Below, one piece after another: positions 9,396 to 18,433 of a DNA stretch of 64,000 nt. The stretch's first letter is position 1; every line of letters begins with the position of its first letter. This stretch comes from a plasmid: sequence record CP132210.1; one strand, given 5' to 3'. A program made the position numbers and the translations under genes. Below the pieces are notes generated by a model. It had not been told where the DNA came from, did not search any database, and worked only from the letters and a program-made list of their open reading frames with translations.

Positions 9396-9842
9396 ATGCT
9401 AAAACGCGGAATTATCAATCTTGCTGCGAGTTACATCATTGTCGATGCCCTACTCCGTAGTGCAGCAATTTGGATCTTTGGCTTGCCCTTCTCGGTTGGT
9501 AGCGCTTACGCCACTGGTGAGGCAAGTTCATGGGTCGTCTACCTAGCCATATCTGGCGCAATGACACTCTGTTCCATCGTAACAGCCTACCTGCTCGTGA
9601 CCTATCACAGATGGGGGTTAATGACAGCCAGGGTCTGGTTGCTATTGAGTGCATGTCTAAACGGCTATGCCGTCTACCTGAGTAGCCACAACACCCAGTT
9701 TGTGGTGGCACTGCTTTCCAGCCTGTTTATTGCTTTGTGGATGCTCAAGACCCTTGAACAACCAGCAGTGAAGGGGACGTACAAGGTAATCGCAGATCTT
9801 CACCATCAGCTATGGGGAATGTTGAAGGGGCAAACACAATGA
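9396..9842 (+). CDS. Integral membrane protein (148 aa, about 4 TM)
   Basis: Hydrophobic profile. Coupled to the next gene by an ATGA overlap. Confidence 0.45.
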   Translation: MLKRGIINLAASYIIVDALLRSAAIWIFGLPFSVGSAYATGEASSWVVYLAISGAMTLCSIVTAYLLVTYHRWGLMTARVWLLLSACLNGYAVYLSSHNTQFVVALLSSLFIALWMLKTLEQPAVKGTYKVIADLHHQLWGMLKGQTQ

Positions 9843-10357
9843 CGACGAATACTCAAAACGCGAACACCAACCGGGATATGTCTTTACGCAACATGCTCGT
9901 CCCCGCTCTTTTGTTCTACGTGATGATGACGGCCATGTTTCTGGGACTTGACGCATTCATGGATCAGACCACCAGCATGAACCTGCCATTCATGCCGTTC
10001 CTTGTTTCGATGGTGTGCTTTACCAGTGATGCACGTCGAGCGTGGGACTGGCGAAACGGGCTCAAAGTTGTGGTCGTATTGACTGTGGTAGCCATGCTGT
10101 TTGCATTCGCCTATCAGCTCGCGGTCGGAAAGGTGAGTCTCTTTGGGGTTGGTATATACCCGGTCACAGCCTTCCTTTTGTTGGCAATCACCTGGGTGAT
10201 TCGCGCTATCGGAAAGACGGCACCATTCCAGTTCCTTGGGAGGCGCTTGGCGCGAATTGGTGCATCGAAGTGGGTCCAACGCACCGTCGCAGTCATGGTG
10301 CTCGCTGGGGGGCTTGCCATCACCGTTTATGCGTACTGGCTTAACCAAGGTAGCTAA
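9839..10357 (+). CDS. Integral membrane protein (172 aa, about 5 TM)
   Basis: ATG overlaps the upstream TGA. Hydrophobic profile. Confidence 0.45.
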   Translation: MTTNTQNANTNRDMSLRNMLVPALLFYVMMTAMFLGLDAFMDQTTSMNLPFMPFLVSMVCFTSDARRAWDWRNGLKVVVVLTVVAMLFAFAYQLAVGKVSLFGVGIYPVTAFLLLAITWVIRAIGKTAPFQFLGRRLARIGASKWVQRTVAVMVLAGGLAITVYAYWLNQGS

Positions 10358-10587
10358 TGATGATTATTGCAACTAAGGGCGGCTTGCTGGTGGCCGCAGA
10401 ACTAATCAAGGAAGAGGCCGGGTACTGGCTACTAAAGCCTCGTGACCAAAAGATGCCGATCAGGGTGAATAAGCAGGATCACAATAAACGTGCGTTCACG
10501 CATATGGGCGACGCCCTTCGCTGGGCCGGTGATCCTGAGCTTGCCAAGCAGTTCGATGCTGAGGGGGAAATACATGCAAATTCGTGA
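10357..10587 (+). CDS. Small hypothetical protein (76 aa)
   Basis: TAATG overlap with the upstream stop. No motifs. Confidence 0.3.
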   Translation: MMIIATKGGLLVAAELIKEEAGYWLLKPRDQKMPIRVNKQDHNKRAFTHMGDALRWAGDPELAKQFDAEGEIHANS

Positions 10588-11431
10588 CGACATGACAAAG
10601 TTGTTTGAGGCATTCGGTGATCCAGAAGAAGTCACCCGAGAAATGCTTCTGGGACAGGCGGAACTCATTCATACGATCAGCGATAAGTGTCAGAGCACAG
10701 GCCTGTTTCTGGATAGTCAGAAGCGTTTCAACCAGTTCGTTCAAGAGATCGAGGCTGACGACAAGGTTGAGGATCGGTTGCTTCATGCTTGGTGCTGGGT
10801 GCTGGACCGAATAGTGAAGGCTCCAACATCCTTTCACATGGATGGTGCTGTAATTTTGACAATGCCTCTGGTTGCCAGATACCTACCTCCGGTTGAACGT
10901 GAGCCGGAAACTATCGTGGTGAATCTCGATGAGGACTACAAGGCTCCTGTTGGCAACCAAACGCTCTGCGAGCTCATTATGGAACGGCGGCATTGGCCGC
11001 GAGGGGCAACGTGTGCGACCCAAGAAGCGGACGGGGCAGTTCTCTACTGGGACGCCCCGGTTGATGTCGTTGAGGAAGGCAGAAAGGTCGCCGGTAAGCA
11101 CGGCATGATGGCCGAAGTCGGGTTAAAGCATCAGGTCGATGCTTGGTATGCAGACATGGATGAGACTCGGCTCGCAACCGACTGGAACTCCGCCGTCATC
11201 ACGCCCCACTGCTTGTTGCTTTCCTACCTGGATATGCTTCAAAGGAACAACGTTCCATTTTGTGAAGGAGTTCAACTGGCTGCTCAATGGGTGAAGCAAC
11301 TTGGAGGGGAGTCTCGTGAAGGCACCGAGGATGCGCCGGGAACTGAGGTTACGGTGCTTTCCCTGGGAAGAGCCACCGCTCATTGTTTTAAACCGTATCC
11401 AGACACAAAAAACTTCTATTACGAGGCCTAG
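10574..11431 (+). CDS. Hypothetical protein (285 aa)
   Basis: ATG preceded by GAGGGGGA. The longer upstream extension lacks an RBS. Confidence 0.4.
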   Translation: MQIRDDMTKLFEAFGDPEEVTREMLLGQAELIHTISDKCQSTGLFLDSQKRFNQFVQEIEADDKVEDRLLHAWCWVLDRIVKAPTSFHMDGAVILTMPLVARYLPPVEREPETIVVNLDEDYKAPVGNQTLCELIMERRHWPRGATCATQEADGAVLYWDAPVDVVEEGRKVAGKHGMMAEVGLKHQVDAWYADMDETRLATDWNSAVITPHCLLLSYLDMLQRNNVPFCEGVQLAAQWVKQLGGESREGTEDAPGTEVTVLSLGRATAHCFKPYPDTKNFYYEA

Positions 11432-11480
11432 GCCAAAGCTCTACCTACTGGGGGGAGCAAGTAATTTGGATGGAGTGATT

Positions 11481-11999
11481 ATGAGGTTAGGTATTTTTGG
11501 GGTGGCAGCCTCCCTAGCAGCAATGCTGGTGGTTGCCCCTCAGGTATGGGCAGAAACCTTCAATGCGAGGGTTGTGGGCGTTTCTGACGGTGATACAGTC
11601 ACGGTTTTGACTGAACGAGACTGTGACTCAGGGGAAGATTGCCAGAGTGGCAAAGTCCAGTACCGGGTAAGGCTGGCGGAAATCGACACCCCTGAGAAGA
11701 AGCAACCCTACGGCTCTAAGGCGAAACAAGTATTGTCCGATCTGGTGTTTGGTCGAATGCTCAAGGTTGAGAGGATCGACAAAGACCGTTATGGCCGCTT
11801 GGTAGCCAACCTTTATGTTGATGGCAAATGGGTCAATGCCGAAATGGTCCGCTCTGGGAGTGCGTGGGTATACCGGCAGTACGCCAAAACACCAGAGCTG
11901 TTCCAGCTAGAAGCCGAGGCTAAAGCCGATAAGCGAGGCCTTTGGGCATTACCGGAATCAGAGAGAACTCCCCCTTGGGAGTGGCGAAGAAAGCACTAA
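11481..11999 (+). CDS. nuc: Secreted thermonuclease (staphylococcal-nuclease/SNase fold)
   Basis: Signal peptide MRLGIFGVAASLAAMLVVAPQVWA. SNase motifs VSDGDTV, LAEIDTPE and RYGRLVA. Confidence 0.8.
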   Translation: MRLGIFGVAASLAAMLVVAPQVWAETFNARVVGVSDGDTVTVLTERDCDSGEDCQSGKVQYRVRLAEIDTPEKKQPYGSKAKQVLSDLVFGRMLKVERIDKDRYGRLVANLYVDGKWVNAEMVRSGSAWVYRQYAKTPELFQLEAEAKADKRGLWALPESERTPPWEWRRKH

Positions 12000-12056
12000 C
12001 CACACACCAGTGTATACGGGTGTAAATAGTAACCAAGAAACCAAACAGGAATAACG

Positions 12057-12329
12057 ATGAACAAAAGCGAACTGATTATGAAAGTGGCCGAAGACGCAGA
12101 CATCAGCAAAGCACAGGCCGAAGCTGCGGTGAATGCGCTGATCAACTCTGTGACTGAGGAGCTTAAATCAGGTGGGACTGTAGCGCTCACAGGGTTTGGT
12201 ACTTTCCACGTTAAGTCGCGGGCAGCGAGAACCGGGCGGAATCCCCAGACTGGAGAGAACATCCAGATCGCCGCTGCTAACATCCCTGGGTTCAAAGCTG
12301 GTAAGGGGTTGAAAGACACCGTGAATTAG
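12057..12329 (+). CDS. HU/IHF-family DNA-binding protein
   Basis: MNKSELI...GFGTF...RNPQTGE signature of the HU-beta family. 90 aa. Confidence 0.85.
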   Translation: MNKSELIMKVAEDADISKAQAEAAVNALINSVTEELKSGGTVALTGFGTFHVKSRAARTGRNPQTGENIQIAAANIPGFKAGKGLKDTVN

Positions 12330-12332
12330 TTG

Positions 12333-12411
12333 TTATTCATGTGTCACATGAATAAGGTTTACATAAGGCTCCCTTCGTGGGAGCCTTATTCATGTCTGAC
12401 ATGAATAAGGG
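12333..12411. promoter_or_regulatory. Twin palindromic operators flanking a hairpin: TTATTCATGTG-T-CACATGAATAA (12333..12355) and CCTTATTCATGTC-T-GACATGAATAAGG (12385..12411)
   Basis: Two perfect palindromes of 23 and 27 bp share the half-site TTATTCATGT. They flank the GGCTCCC/GGGAGCC hairpin and overlap the start of the 12392 ORF. Confidence 0.6.
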
Positions 12412-12715
12412 GGTGGGGGTGAGGTTGTCATCAACTCAGAAGGATGTTTTGTTCATTCTATATGCAATTGAAGTCGGTGGAAAAGCCGAGCCTGTACCAG
12501 GTATGAAAATGCTGTCGATGATCAACTCAGCTCGCCAGAGCTGTATTCATGGAACGAACTTCCGAACGTCATGCCACACGCTGGTGGATAATGGCTTATT
12601 GGACAAGTACCGGGACGAAACTTCTCTAAAGCTGGCCTTTAAGCTGACCGACGAGGGCAGGGGGCGTGCAGGAGAGATATACCGCAAAAGGTTGGAAGAA
12701 GAGCTGGAGAAGTAA
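12392..12715 (+). CDS. Putative small winged-helix transcriptional regulator
   Basis: 112-aa ORF downstream of the twin operators. The start is uncertain (12377, 12392 or 12401). Confidence 0.35.
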   Translation: MSDMNKGVGVRLSSTQKDVLFILYAIEVGGKAEPVPGMKMLSMINSARQSCIHGTNFRTSCHTLVDNGLLDKYRDETSLKLAFKLTDEGRGRAGEIYRKRLEEELEK

Positions 12716-13023
12716 TACGTCCCATAACGGGGAGTATCGAGTTAGTGTCATCCCTTAAAATAGAGTTTCATCCTTGCAAATAAAGTCTCACCCTACGTGG
12801 CTGGGCGAGCGAGTATGAGGCTGGCGAGTACAGGCTGCTGTGATCGCCGCAGCAAGCAACTGATCGAGGAAAAAATATGCCGATGAGTAACGACTTAAAG
12901 AAGGAAATTGAGCGTGGAATTCAGTTGCTCGAACTGCTGACTACGGCCAGGTTATCGAGTTTGAATGTGATCTTGGTGTCGTGACAGTAGAACCCAAGCA
13001 GCAACCGCTGCAAAGTTGAGGGG

Positions 13024-13398
13024 ATGTTTGTGGAACACACAGAAGGCACTTGGGTCGTCAACGAAAAGCACCCTGCTCGTAGCAACGACGCTGAGGTTAT
13101 CATCGAGCAGAAGGGGGGGAGCGCCCCTATCGCGATCTGCCCACCTATTTATGGTAGCCAGCAGAAAGCTAACGCCCGGCGCATCGTGGTCTGTCAGAAA
13201 ATCTGCCGAGGTTACTCGACAGATGAACTCGAACAGAGAGGGCTCGTTGCCCTCGTCGGTGACGAGCTGCTGAAACAGGAAGGACTGCTCAAGAGCATCA
13301 GGGAGAGAATCCGCGACTGGTCTTCGATGACCCCAGCGGACATGAAAGCCGCTCTGTCTGACATTGAGGACGAGATCTCCGCAGCCGAACTGCTGTGA
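13024..13398 (+). CDS. Hypothetical protein (124 aa)
   Basis: ORF only. Confidence 0.35.
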   Translation: MFVEHTEGTWVVNEKHPARSNDAEVIIEQKGGSAPIAICPPIYGSQQKANARRIVVCQKICRGYSTDELEQRGLVALVGDELLKQEGLLKSIRERIRDWSSMTPADMKAALSDIEDEISAAELL

Positions 13399-13527
13399 GC
13401 GCGATATACGACCTATGGCTGAGGCAAAGCTTAGGGAGTTGCAGAAAGGAATAACCGGCGCTGGATAGCCTGTGACATCTTTCTTGTACTGTGGGTGGTG
13501 GAACGCTCAATTAAGAGAAGAATACCT

Positions 13528-13977
13528 ATGAGTTTAAGTTTTATAGCAAGAGTCTTGCGCCAATTGGCAATTATGTTTGTCTTCACCGTGCTGGTGGGGG
13601 CCGGTTTTATCTACTATGTCGGTAAACAGCATCAGCAGGCAGCAATTGACTTTTGGGGGGAGCAATACCAGCCTGATGCCATCTCTACCCAAATTGATTG
13701 GGGGTTTATCGGTAACTTGGTTATTCCTCGCGGGGGGCCAATTATTTCTCCGAGCATTGCTGGAGTGTGCCCTAATACACCACTTCCCGTAGTGCCTCTT
13801 AAAATCGGTCCTGATGGCCGGAGCTACGTTCTTTGCGGCATTGGAAGTGAGGCCGTAGCTACCAGCTTTGATGTCAATGCCATCGAAGATGAAGAGATGC
13901 GGAAAACATTAAGAACGATGTTTGAGGAAGAATTAGAGAACGGCGTTAAGGGGGATAGATGGACGTCCAAGAGCTGA
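13528..13977 (+). CDS. Membrane-anchored hypothetical protein
   Basis: ATG at 13528 with a purine-rich RBS. TM helix LAIMFVFTVLVGAGFIYYV. Confidence 0.4.
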   Translation: MSLSFIARVLRQLAIMFVFTVLVGAGFIYYVGKQHQQAAIDFWGEQYQPDAISTQIDWGFIGNLVIPRGGPIISPSIAGVCPNTPLPVVPLKIGPDGRSYVLCGIGSEAVATSFDVNAIEDEEMRKTLRTMFEEELENGVKGDRWTSKS

Positions 13978-14267
13978 ACCGGATGATAGCTGAGGCCTAC
14001 AGCCGAGATCAGCAAAAGCCTGAGCTGGTTTCGTTCAAAGAAGTGAGTCGCTGGGGGCGTAAGTACGGTTTCCCCGTCGTATGCACACTAGCCGATCAAA
14101 GTGAGGAAAAGCAGATTCACTGGGCTGCCAGTTTGCTCATTCAAGTCGCCGGTACTTGGCCGCGTGAAGATATGCCGGAATTGCTAACACCGGAACGGGG
14201 GTCCGCCCTATTCAACGATGCCGAGCAGTTATTGGCGAACGGGCTTGGGGCAGCAAATCAATTGTAA
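13959..14267 (+). CDS. Hypothetical protein (102 aa)
   Basis: ORF, followed by an intrinsic terminator. Confidence 0.35.
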   Translation: MDVQELNRMIAEAYSRDQQKPELVSFKEVSRWGRKYGFPVVCTLADQSEEKQIHWAASLLIQVAGTWPREDMPELLTPERGSALFNDAEQLLANGLGAANQL

Positions 14268-14293
14268 TGACAGCACAAACCTTGTCATCAAGC

Positions 14294-14320
14294 GGCCTTT
14301 ATGGCCGTTTTTTTGTTTCA
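14294..14320 (+). terminator. Intrinsic terminator
   Basis: AAGCGGCCtttatGGCCG followed by T7. Confidence 0.55.
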
Positions 14321-14350
14321 AGTTTGTTTTGACAGAACCATAATTAGATA

Positions 14351-14395
14351 TTGCAGCATCATTTTATGATCGCTACAATCTTTCACATGTGAAAG
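14351..14395 (+). promoter_or_regulatory. parA promoter (TTGCAG-N17-TACAAT) with dispersed palindrome copy 4 (CTTTCACATGTGAAAG, 14380..14395) at the +1 region
   Basis: Good sigma70 hexamers with 17-bp spacing. The 16-bp perfect palindrome lies immediately downstream of the -10, about 45 bp before the parA start. The spacer carries the CAGCATCATTTTATGA motif. Confidence 0.6.
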
Positions 14396-14443
14396 TTTGG
14401 GGGTGGTCTGGATCACCTGCGAGAAACCAAAATAGAGGTGGGT

Positions 14444-15229
14444 ATGGCAAAAGTAATCAGCTTCGCCAACCAGAAAGGCGGGGTGGGTAAGAGTACCCTC
14501 TGTATCCAGCAGGCCTTTTATCTGGCGTTACAGAAGAAAAAGAAAGTGCTGGTCTTGGATATGGATGGTCAGGGGAACACATCCTCTCGACTGGCCCCCA
14601 GACGAGAGCTTGAGGATGACGACTATGAACCAATCCTCACTGGAACCAAAACCGCAGAGCTGTTCGCTTACGAGCTGGATGGTATTGAGGTCATGCACTG
14701 TCCTTGCGGGGCTGACCTCATTCACACGCCGAAGAACGATCCGGATCTGTTTGAGATGGAGGCTGTGCCTCTTGACCAGGCTATGAATCCGGCTCGCCAT
14801 TTGGCTGAGCTGTTTGAGAACTACGACTACGTGCTGATTGATTGCCCGCCTAGCCTTGGCAGAAAGCTGGTGGCTGCATTGGTGATGTCTACCCATGTGG
14901 CATGTCCAGTAAAACTCTCTGGCTTCGCTGTGGACGGCGTAGAAGGTCTCCTAAACACGATTATCGGTGTGCGCGAGGCATACAACCAGGATTTGGAGAT
15001 CCTGGGCATTGTGATCAACGACATGGATCGCTCTGTCAATCACGACAAGGCCCTCAAGGCGCTGGAGAACACAGTTCCGGATCTGCTGTTTGAGAACAAA
15101 ATTATGCACCGGCCTCCGCTCGATACGGCGACCACGGATGGCGTCCCTGTCTGGGAGCTTCGCTATGGACATGTCGCGGCCAAAGAGGTTGAGGCGGTGT
15201 TGGAAGAACTATTAGAGAAGGTGGGCTAA
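14444..15229 (+). CDS. parA: Partition ATPase ParA (Walker-type)
   Basis: KGGVGKST deviant Walker A. 261 aa. Immediately upstream of parB. Confidence 0.85.
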   Translation: MAKVISFANQKGGVGKSTLCIQQAFYLALQKKKKVLVLDMDGQGNTSSRLAPRRELEDDDYEPILTGTKTAELFAYELDGIEVMHCPCGADLIHTPKNDPDLFEMEAVPLDQAMNPARHLAELFENYDYVLIDCPPSLGRKLVAALVMSTHVACPVKLSGFAVDGVEGLLNTIIGVREAYNQDLEILGIVINDMDRSVNHDKALKALENTVPDLLFENKIMHRPPLDTATTDGVPVWELRYGHVAAKEVEAVLEELLEKVG

Positions 15230-15232
15230 GCG

Positions 15233-16411
15233 ATGGCATTGAACAATTTAAAAGGCCTGTCCGAACTTGCTAAAGCCGCCAAAGGCAAGAAAGGCAAAGA
15301 GGTTCTTACCGTCCCTGTTGACGACGTTGTTTCCAAGGTACAGGTGCGTAAGCGCTTCCGTAACATTGAAGATCTGGCGGCCACCTTGCTGACCGAAGGG
15401 CAGCAGTCTCCGATCATCGTGTTTCCGAAGAACGAAGAAGGCAAGTTCGTTATCCAGAAAGGGGAGCGGCGTTGGAGGGCTTGTAAACACGCTGGTATTG
15501 AGACTATCGACCTGGTGGTTAATGATAAGGTCCAGAACAACCTGGACGAGACTGCTGGTGAGTTGATCGAAAACATCCAGCGGGATGATTTGACTCCGGT
15601 AGAGATTGCCGAGGCGTTAAACCTGTTTGTTGAAGAAGGTTGGAAACAAAAGGATATTGCTGATCGTCTTGGTAAGAATATCACTTTCGTATCTACGCAT
15701 CTGTCGTTGCTCAAGCTACCTGACTGTGTGCGCGAGTTGTACGATAATGAAGTATGTTCTGATACAGAAACCTTGAACAATCTCCGTCTTCTGTTTGAGC
15801 TTAACGAAGAAAGATGTCGCGCCGTCTGCGCTGTAGCTATGTCTGACGGGATTACCCGTAAACAAAGCCGTGAGATGTTGAATGATGCCAAACGCATCAA
15901 AGAAGAAATGGAAAAAGGTCCTCTGACGGGCTCCGACCAGAATGATAAACCTGGCGCTGGTAACACCGACGAGCAAGCCATTAACTCTGGGAGTGGCACA
16001 TCGGTACATATCGGAAATGGCGACCAGAGCCCTGCCAACATGGAACTGGAAGGGGGGGCAAATCTCGGTGGTCAGGGCGATGATGACCAAGACCATTTTC
16101 TTGACGAAGAGGGTAAGGGCAAAACTCCTGTCCGGCAGCCAGTTAACAATGGTAAGAGCAAAGATGAAGAAGGTGGCGATGCTCTTCCTCCTCTGCCGAA
16201 GGATAAGGAATGGAAGAACGTCAGGGCTGATAGTTTGATTTTTGCTGTCAACGTTAATCTGGATGGCGAGACCAAACGTGGAGTCATCATGACCGACCGT
16301 GTTGCTCTGGTTCCGGCTACAGTCTGGGTTAAAACGCTCGATGGCGAAGGCAAGGAAAAGCACGTTCATGTGCCTGTGTCAGACATTGAACTTCTGAGTG
16401 TTGAAGGCTAA
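15233..16411 (+). CDS. parB: Partition protein ParB (ParB/Srx N-domain plus HTH)
   Basis: GQQSPIIVF...GERRWRA ParB box II-type motif. 392 aa. Follows parA. Confidence 0.85.
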   Translation: MALNNLKGLSELAKAAKGKKGKEVLTVPVDDVVSKVQVRKRFRNIEDLAATLLTEGQQSPIIVFPKNEEGKFVIQKGERRWRACKHAGIETIDLVVNDKVQNNLDETAGELIENIQRDDLTPVEIAEALNLFVEEGWKQKDIADRLGKNITFVSTHLSLLKLPDCVRELYDNEVCSDTETLNNLRLLFELNEERCRAVCAVAMSDGITRKQSREMLNDAKRIKEEMEKGPLTGSDQNDKPGAGNTDEQAINSGSGTSVHIGNGDQSPANMELEGGANLGGQGDDDQDHFLDEEGKGKTPVRQPVNNGKSKDEEGGDALPPLPKDKEWKNVRADSLIFAVNVNLDGETKRGVIMTDRVALVPATVWVKTLDGEGKEKHVHVPVSDIELLSVEG

Positions 16412-16459
16412 TGAAGGAGGCTCAGCCGGATAGGTTGGGCCTGTCAAGAACAGGTGAAT

Positions 16460-16732
16460 ATGAAGATCTCACAGGACATGAAAAGAAAATTTGCTTTGGT
16501 GAATGCCCTGTCTAAAACGGAGAAGCCAAGTCTCCAGGACCTTCACAAGGCAACAGAAATTCCTGAATCAACGATCAAGAGACAGTTGTCTGCTCTGCGT
16601 GATGAGTTCGGAATGAATATATTGTTCGTCAGGGAGTCTACCGGCGAACGGGGGGCCACCGGCTACTATATGCTGACAGACTGGGGGATCTTAGACAGGT
16701 CTTCGTTCTTGAACCGGTACGGAAAGATGTAA
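16460..16732 (+). CDS. Small winged-helix DNA-binding protein following parAB (third partition-operon gene)
   Basis: HTH-like LQDLHKATEIPESTIKRQLSALRDE. About 90 aa. Same operon as parAB. Confidence 0.5.
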   Translation: MKISQDMKRKFALVNALSKTEKPSLQDLHKATEIPESTIKRQLSALRDEFGMNILFVRESTGERGATGYYMLTDWGILDRSSFLNRYGKM

Positions 16733-16759
16733 GTTGCCATTGGGCTGCGCATTGAATGG

Positions 16760-16788
16760 AAAACCCGCCATCTGGCGGGTTTTTTTTA
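16760..16788. terminator. Bidirectional intrinsic terminator between convergent genes
   Basis: AAAACCCGCCatctGGCGGGTTTTTTTT. Confidence 0.65.
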
Positions 16789-17454
16789 TGCGGCTACGGT
16801 TGCGGCGGATACGGAGTGTTTCTCTGCGTAGTAGGCGATGTTCTTGGTTCGTCTGCTAAGTGTGTCTATGCCGACGATGCTCAGCATGTTGGGAGTGGTA
16901 TTACGGGACTCGAAGTAATGGAATAGCTGGATCATGCAGCATTTAACCATAAGCGGATCGATGTCTTCCAGGTAGATTGAGGCTTCTCTCAATGCTTCTG
17001 GGCCGTGGTTCTCGATCAGGTTTTCCATCCAGTGAATGGCGTTGATGCCGGAGCCACAGCAGGGCTCATAGAAGTTTGCCGAGGACTGTGAGCCAATAAT
17101 GAGTGACATCAAGCGCCCAATCTCTGGAGGAGTGGGAAAGTAATTGGTGCCCTTTTTATGGAAGCCAGACATGCTGAGGACGTAGCCCAAAACATCGCTG
17201 GTGGGGTCTCGCTTCATGGCGGCAGACAGGACATGAGAGAGCTCGAAGGCGACCGGTTGAAGTTCTGCCGGGATCTCCTCCTTGGCCGGGTATAGGCCAG
17301 TCTGTAAGTATGCCCATCGGTCAATAAAGGCCTCAACAAACCGAGAAGTGCCCATGCGGAATCGGGACTGCTCAATGAGAGATAAAGCCTTGGATATAAG
17401 TTGTTGTGTTTCTGGTGACATAAGCGCTCCAGTTTGTTCTGACGAAACATTCAA
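16786..17454 (-). CDS. Truncated N6-DNA-methyltransferase-like protein (motif X and motif I present, no NPPY/F catalytic motif)
   Basis: NYFPTPPEIGRLM (motif X-like) and FYEPCCGSGINAI (motif I, D/EPxCGSG). 222 aa. No NPPY or DPPY motif. Confidence 0.55.
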   Translation of the reverse strand: MNVSSEQTGALMSPETQQLISKALSLIEQSRFRMGTSRFVEAFIDRWAYLQTGLYPAKEEIPAELQPVAFELSHVLSAAMKRDPTSDVLGYVLSMSGFHKKGTNYFPTPPEIGRLMSLIIGSQSSANFYEPCCGSGINAIHWMENLIENHGPEALREASIYLEDIDPLMVKCCMIQLFHYFESRNTTPNMLSIVGIDTLSRRTKNIAYYAEKHSVSAATVAA

Positions 17455-17508
17455 GAGGTAGAAACGAAGAACCCCGCCGAAGCGAGGTTCTTTGCTTTCC
17501 TGATCACC

Positions 17509-17652
17509 TTAATGGCGAAGCAAAGATGTCTTGATAAAGTCGGGGCAACCGGACATTTCCCGGTTGATGAAGTCCTGACGTTTCGCCAGCGGCCATTTCA
17601 TGAACGCCGCGAGCGGGATGCGCTTATTCGTGTTAGCATTGCCTTGCAGCAT
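17509..17652 (-). CDS. Small ORF (48 aa) with strong RBS
   Basis: AAGGAG 8 nt upstream of the ATG on the minus strand. Below the 60-aa ORF-track cutoff. Confidence 0.25.
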   Translation of the reverse strand: MLQGNANTNKRIPLAAFMKWPLAKRQDFINREMSGCPDFIKTSLLRH

Positions 17653-17787
17653 AACAAAGCTCCTTAATTGCTTGATTGTGTTGTAAGGGCTGCAACGAAG
17701 GTCGAAGAGCGATGCGGCCCTTATTTATGATTATTACAGCATCATAAAGTAATATCAACAGATAATAAAATGGTGTCTAGAATCAAA

Positions 17788-17805
17788 ACTTTCACATGTG
17801 AAAGT
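17788..17805. promoter_or_regulatory. Dispersed palindrome copy 5 (ACTTTCACATGTGAAAGT)
   Basis: Perfect 18-bp palindrome in the divergent promoter region between the MTase-like gene and the 17970 operon. Confidence 0.6.
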
Positions 17806-17856
17806 CTCTGCGCAGCTCACTACGGGCACCCCAACCTCCCAAATAACTTTCCAATC

Positions 17857-17871
17857 TGCCCAAAATGGGAA
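17857..17871. promoter_or_regulatory. Activator-box-like inverted repeat copy 2 (TGCCCAAAATGGGAA)
   Basis: About 100 bp upstream of the 17970 start. Confidence 0.45.
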
Positions 17872-17942
17872 CGCAAGCGCCCGATAGAAAGTAATTGTCA
17901 GTGAGATATTGACTGAGCGTAATATGGTTATATCATGGGGTC

Positions 17943-17962
17943 ATAAAATGATGCTGTAAAGT
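17943..17962 (-). promoter_or_regulatory. Conserved promoter motif copy ATAAAATGATGCTGTAAAGT
   Basis: Same motif. Lies in the divergent region 17455..17969. Confidence 0.45.
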
Positions 17963-17969
17963 GGTGCGT

Positions 17970-18404
17970 ATGCCAAAGCCAAAGCAAGAGAATCACCTCC
18001 GTTTGAAGAAACCTTGCGCCAACTGTCCATTCAAGAAGGAAGGCGCTATCGAGCTGGCCCCTGGGCGATTAGAAGGCATCATCAACGACATTGTTGAAAA
18101 CGACATGACGACGTTTCATTGCCACAAGACAGTGCATTCAAAGTCAGGTGGTGAATGGGATGAAGAGGGTAACTATGCGCCGTCTGGACAAGAGTCTATG
18201 TGTGCCGGTGCTGCGGCCTACTTGATGAAAATAGGCAGGCCGACAGTGGCGATGCGAATTGCCTTTGCGTTGGGTTATGCAAAGGTGTCCGACTGGGACG
18301 AGGCTCAAGCGCAGGTGATCGAACCTTTGGTACAAGGGGGCGGAGATGAGTCGGCGATATGCGGTAGTGCCGCATCCGAAACTGATCAGCATGGAATCCA
18401 TTGA
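17970..18404 (+). CDS. Cys-rich hypothetical protein (CxxC...HCH)
   Basis: KPCANCPF and FHCHKT clusters. The start may be the GTG at 17961 or the ATG at 17970. Confidence 0.45.
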   Translation: MPKPKQENHLRLKKPCANCPFKKEGAIELAPGRLEGIINDIVENDMTTFHCHKTVHSKSGGEWDEEGNYAPSGQESMCAGAAAYLMKIGRPTVAMRIAFALGYAKVSDWDEAQAQVIEPLVQGGGDESAICGSAASETDQHGIH

Positions 18405-18433
18405 ATTTATCGAACCTATCACTGAGGAAGAAA

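Noticed and set aside
10496-10837. 113-aa minus-strand ORF overlapping the 10574 gene
   Set aside because: Antisense to a same-strand run of coupled plus-strand genes. No RBS.
15226-16369. 271-aa and 217-aa ORFs antisense to parB
   Set aside because: Antisense shadow ORFs. parB on the plus strand has an unambiguous ParB signature.
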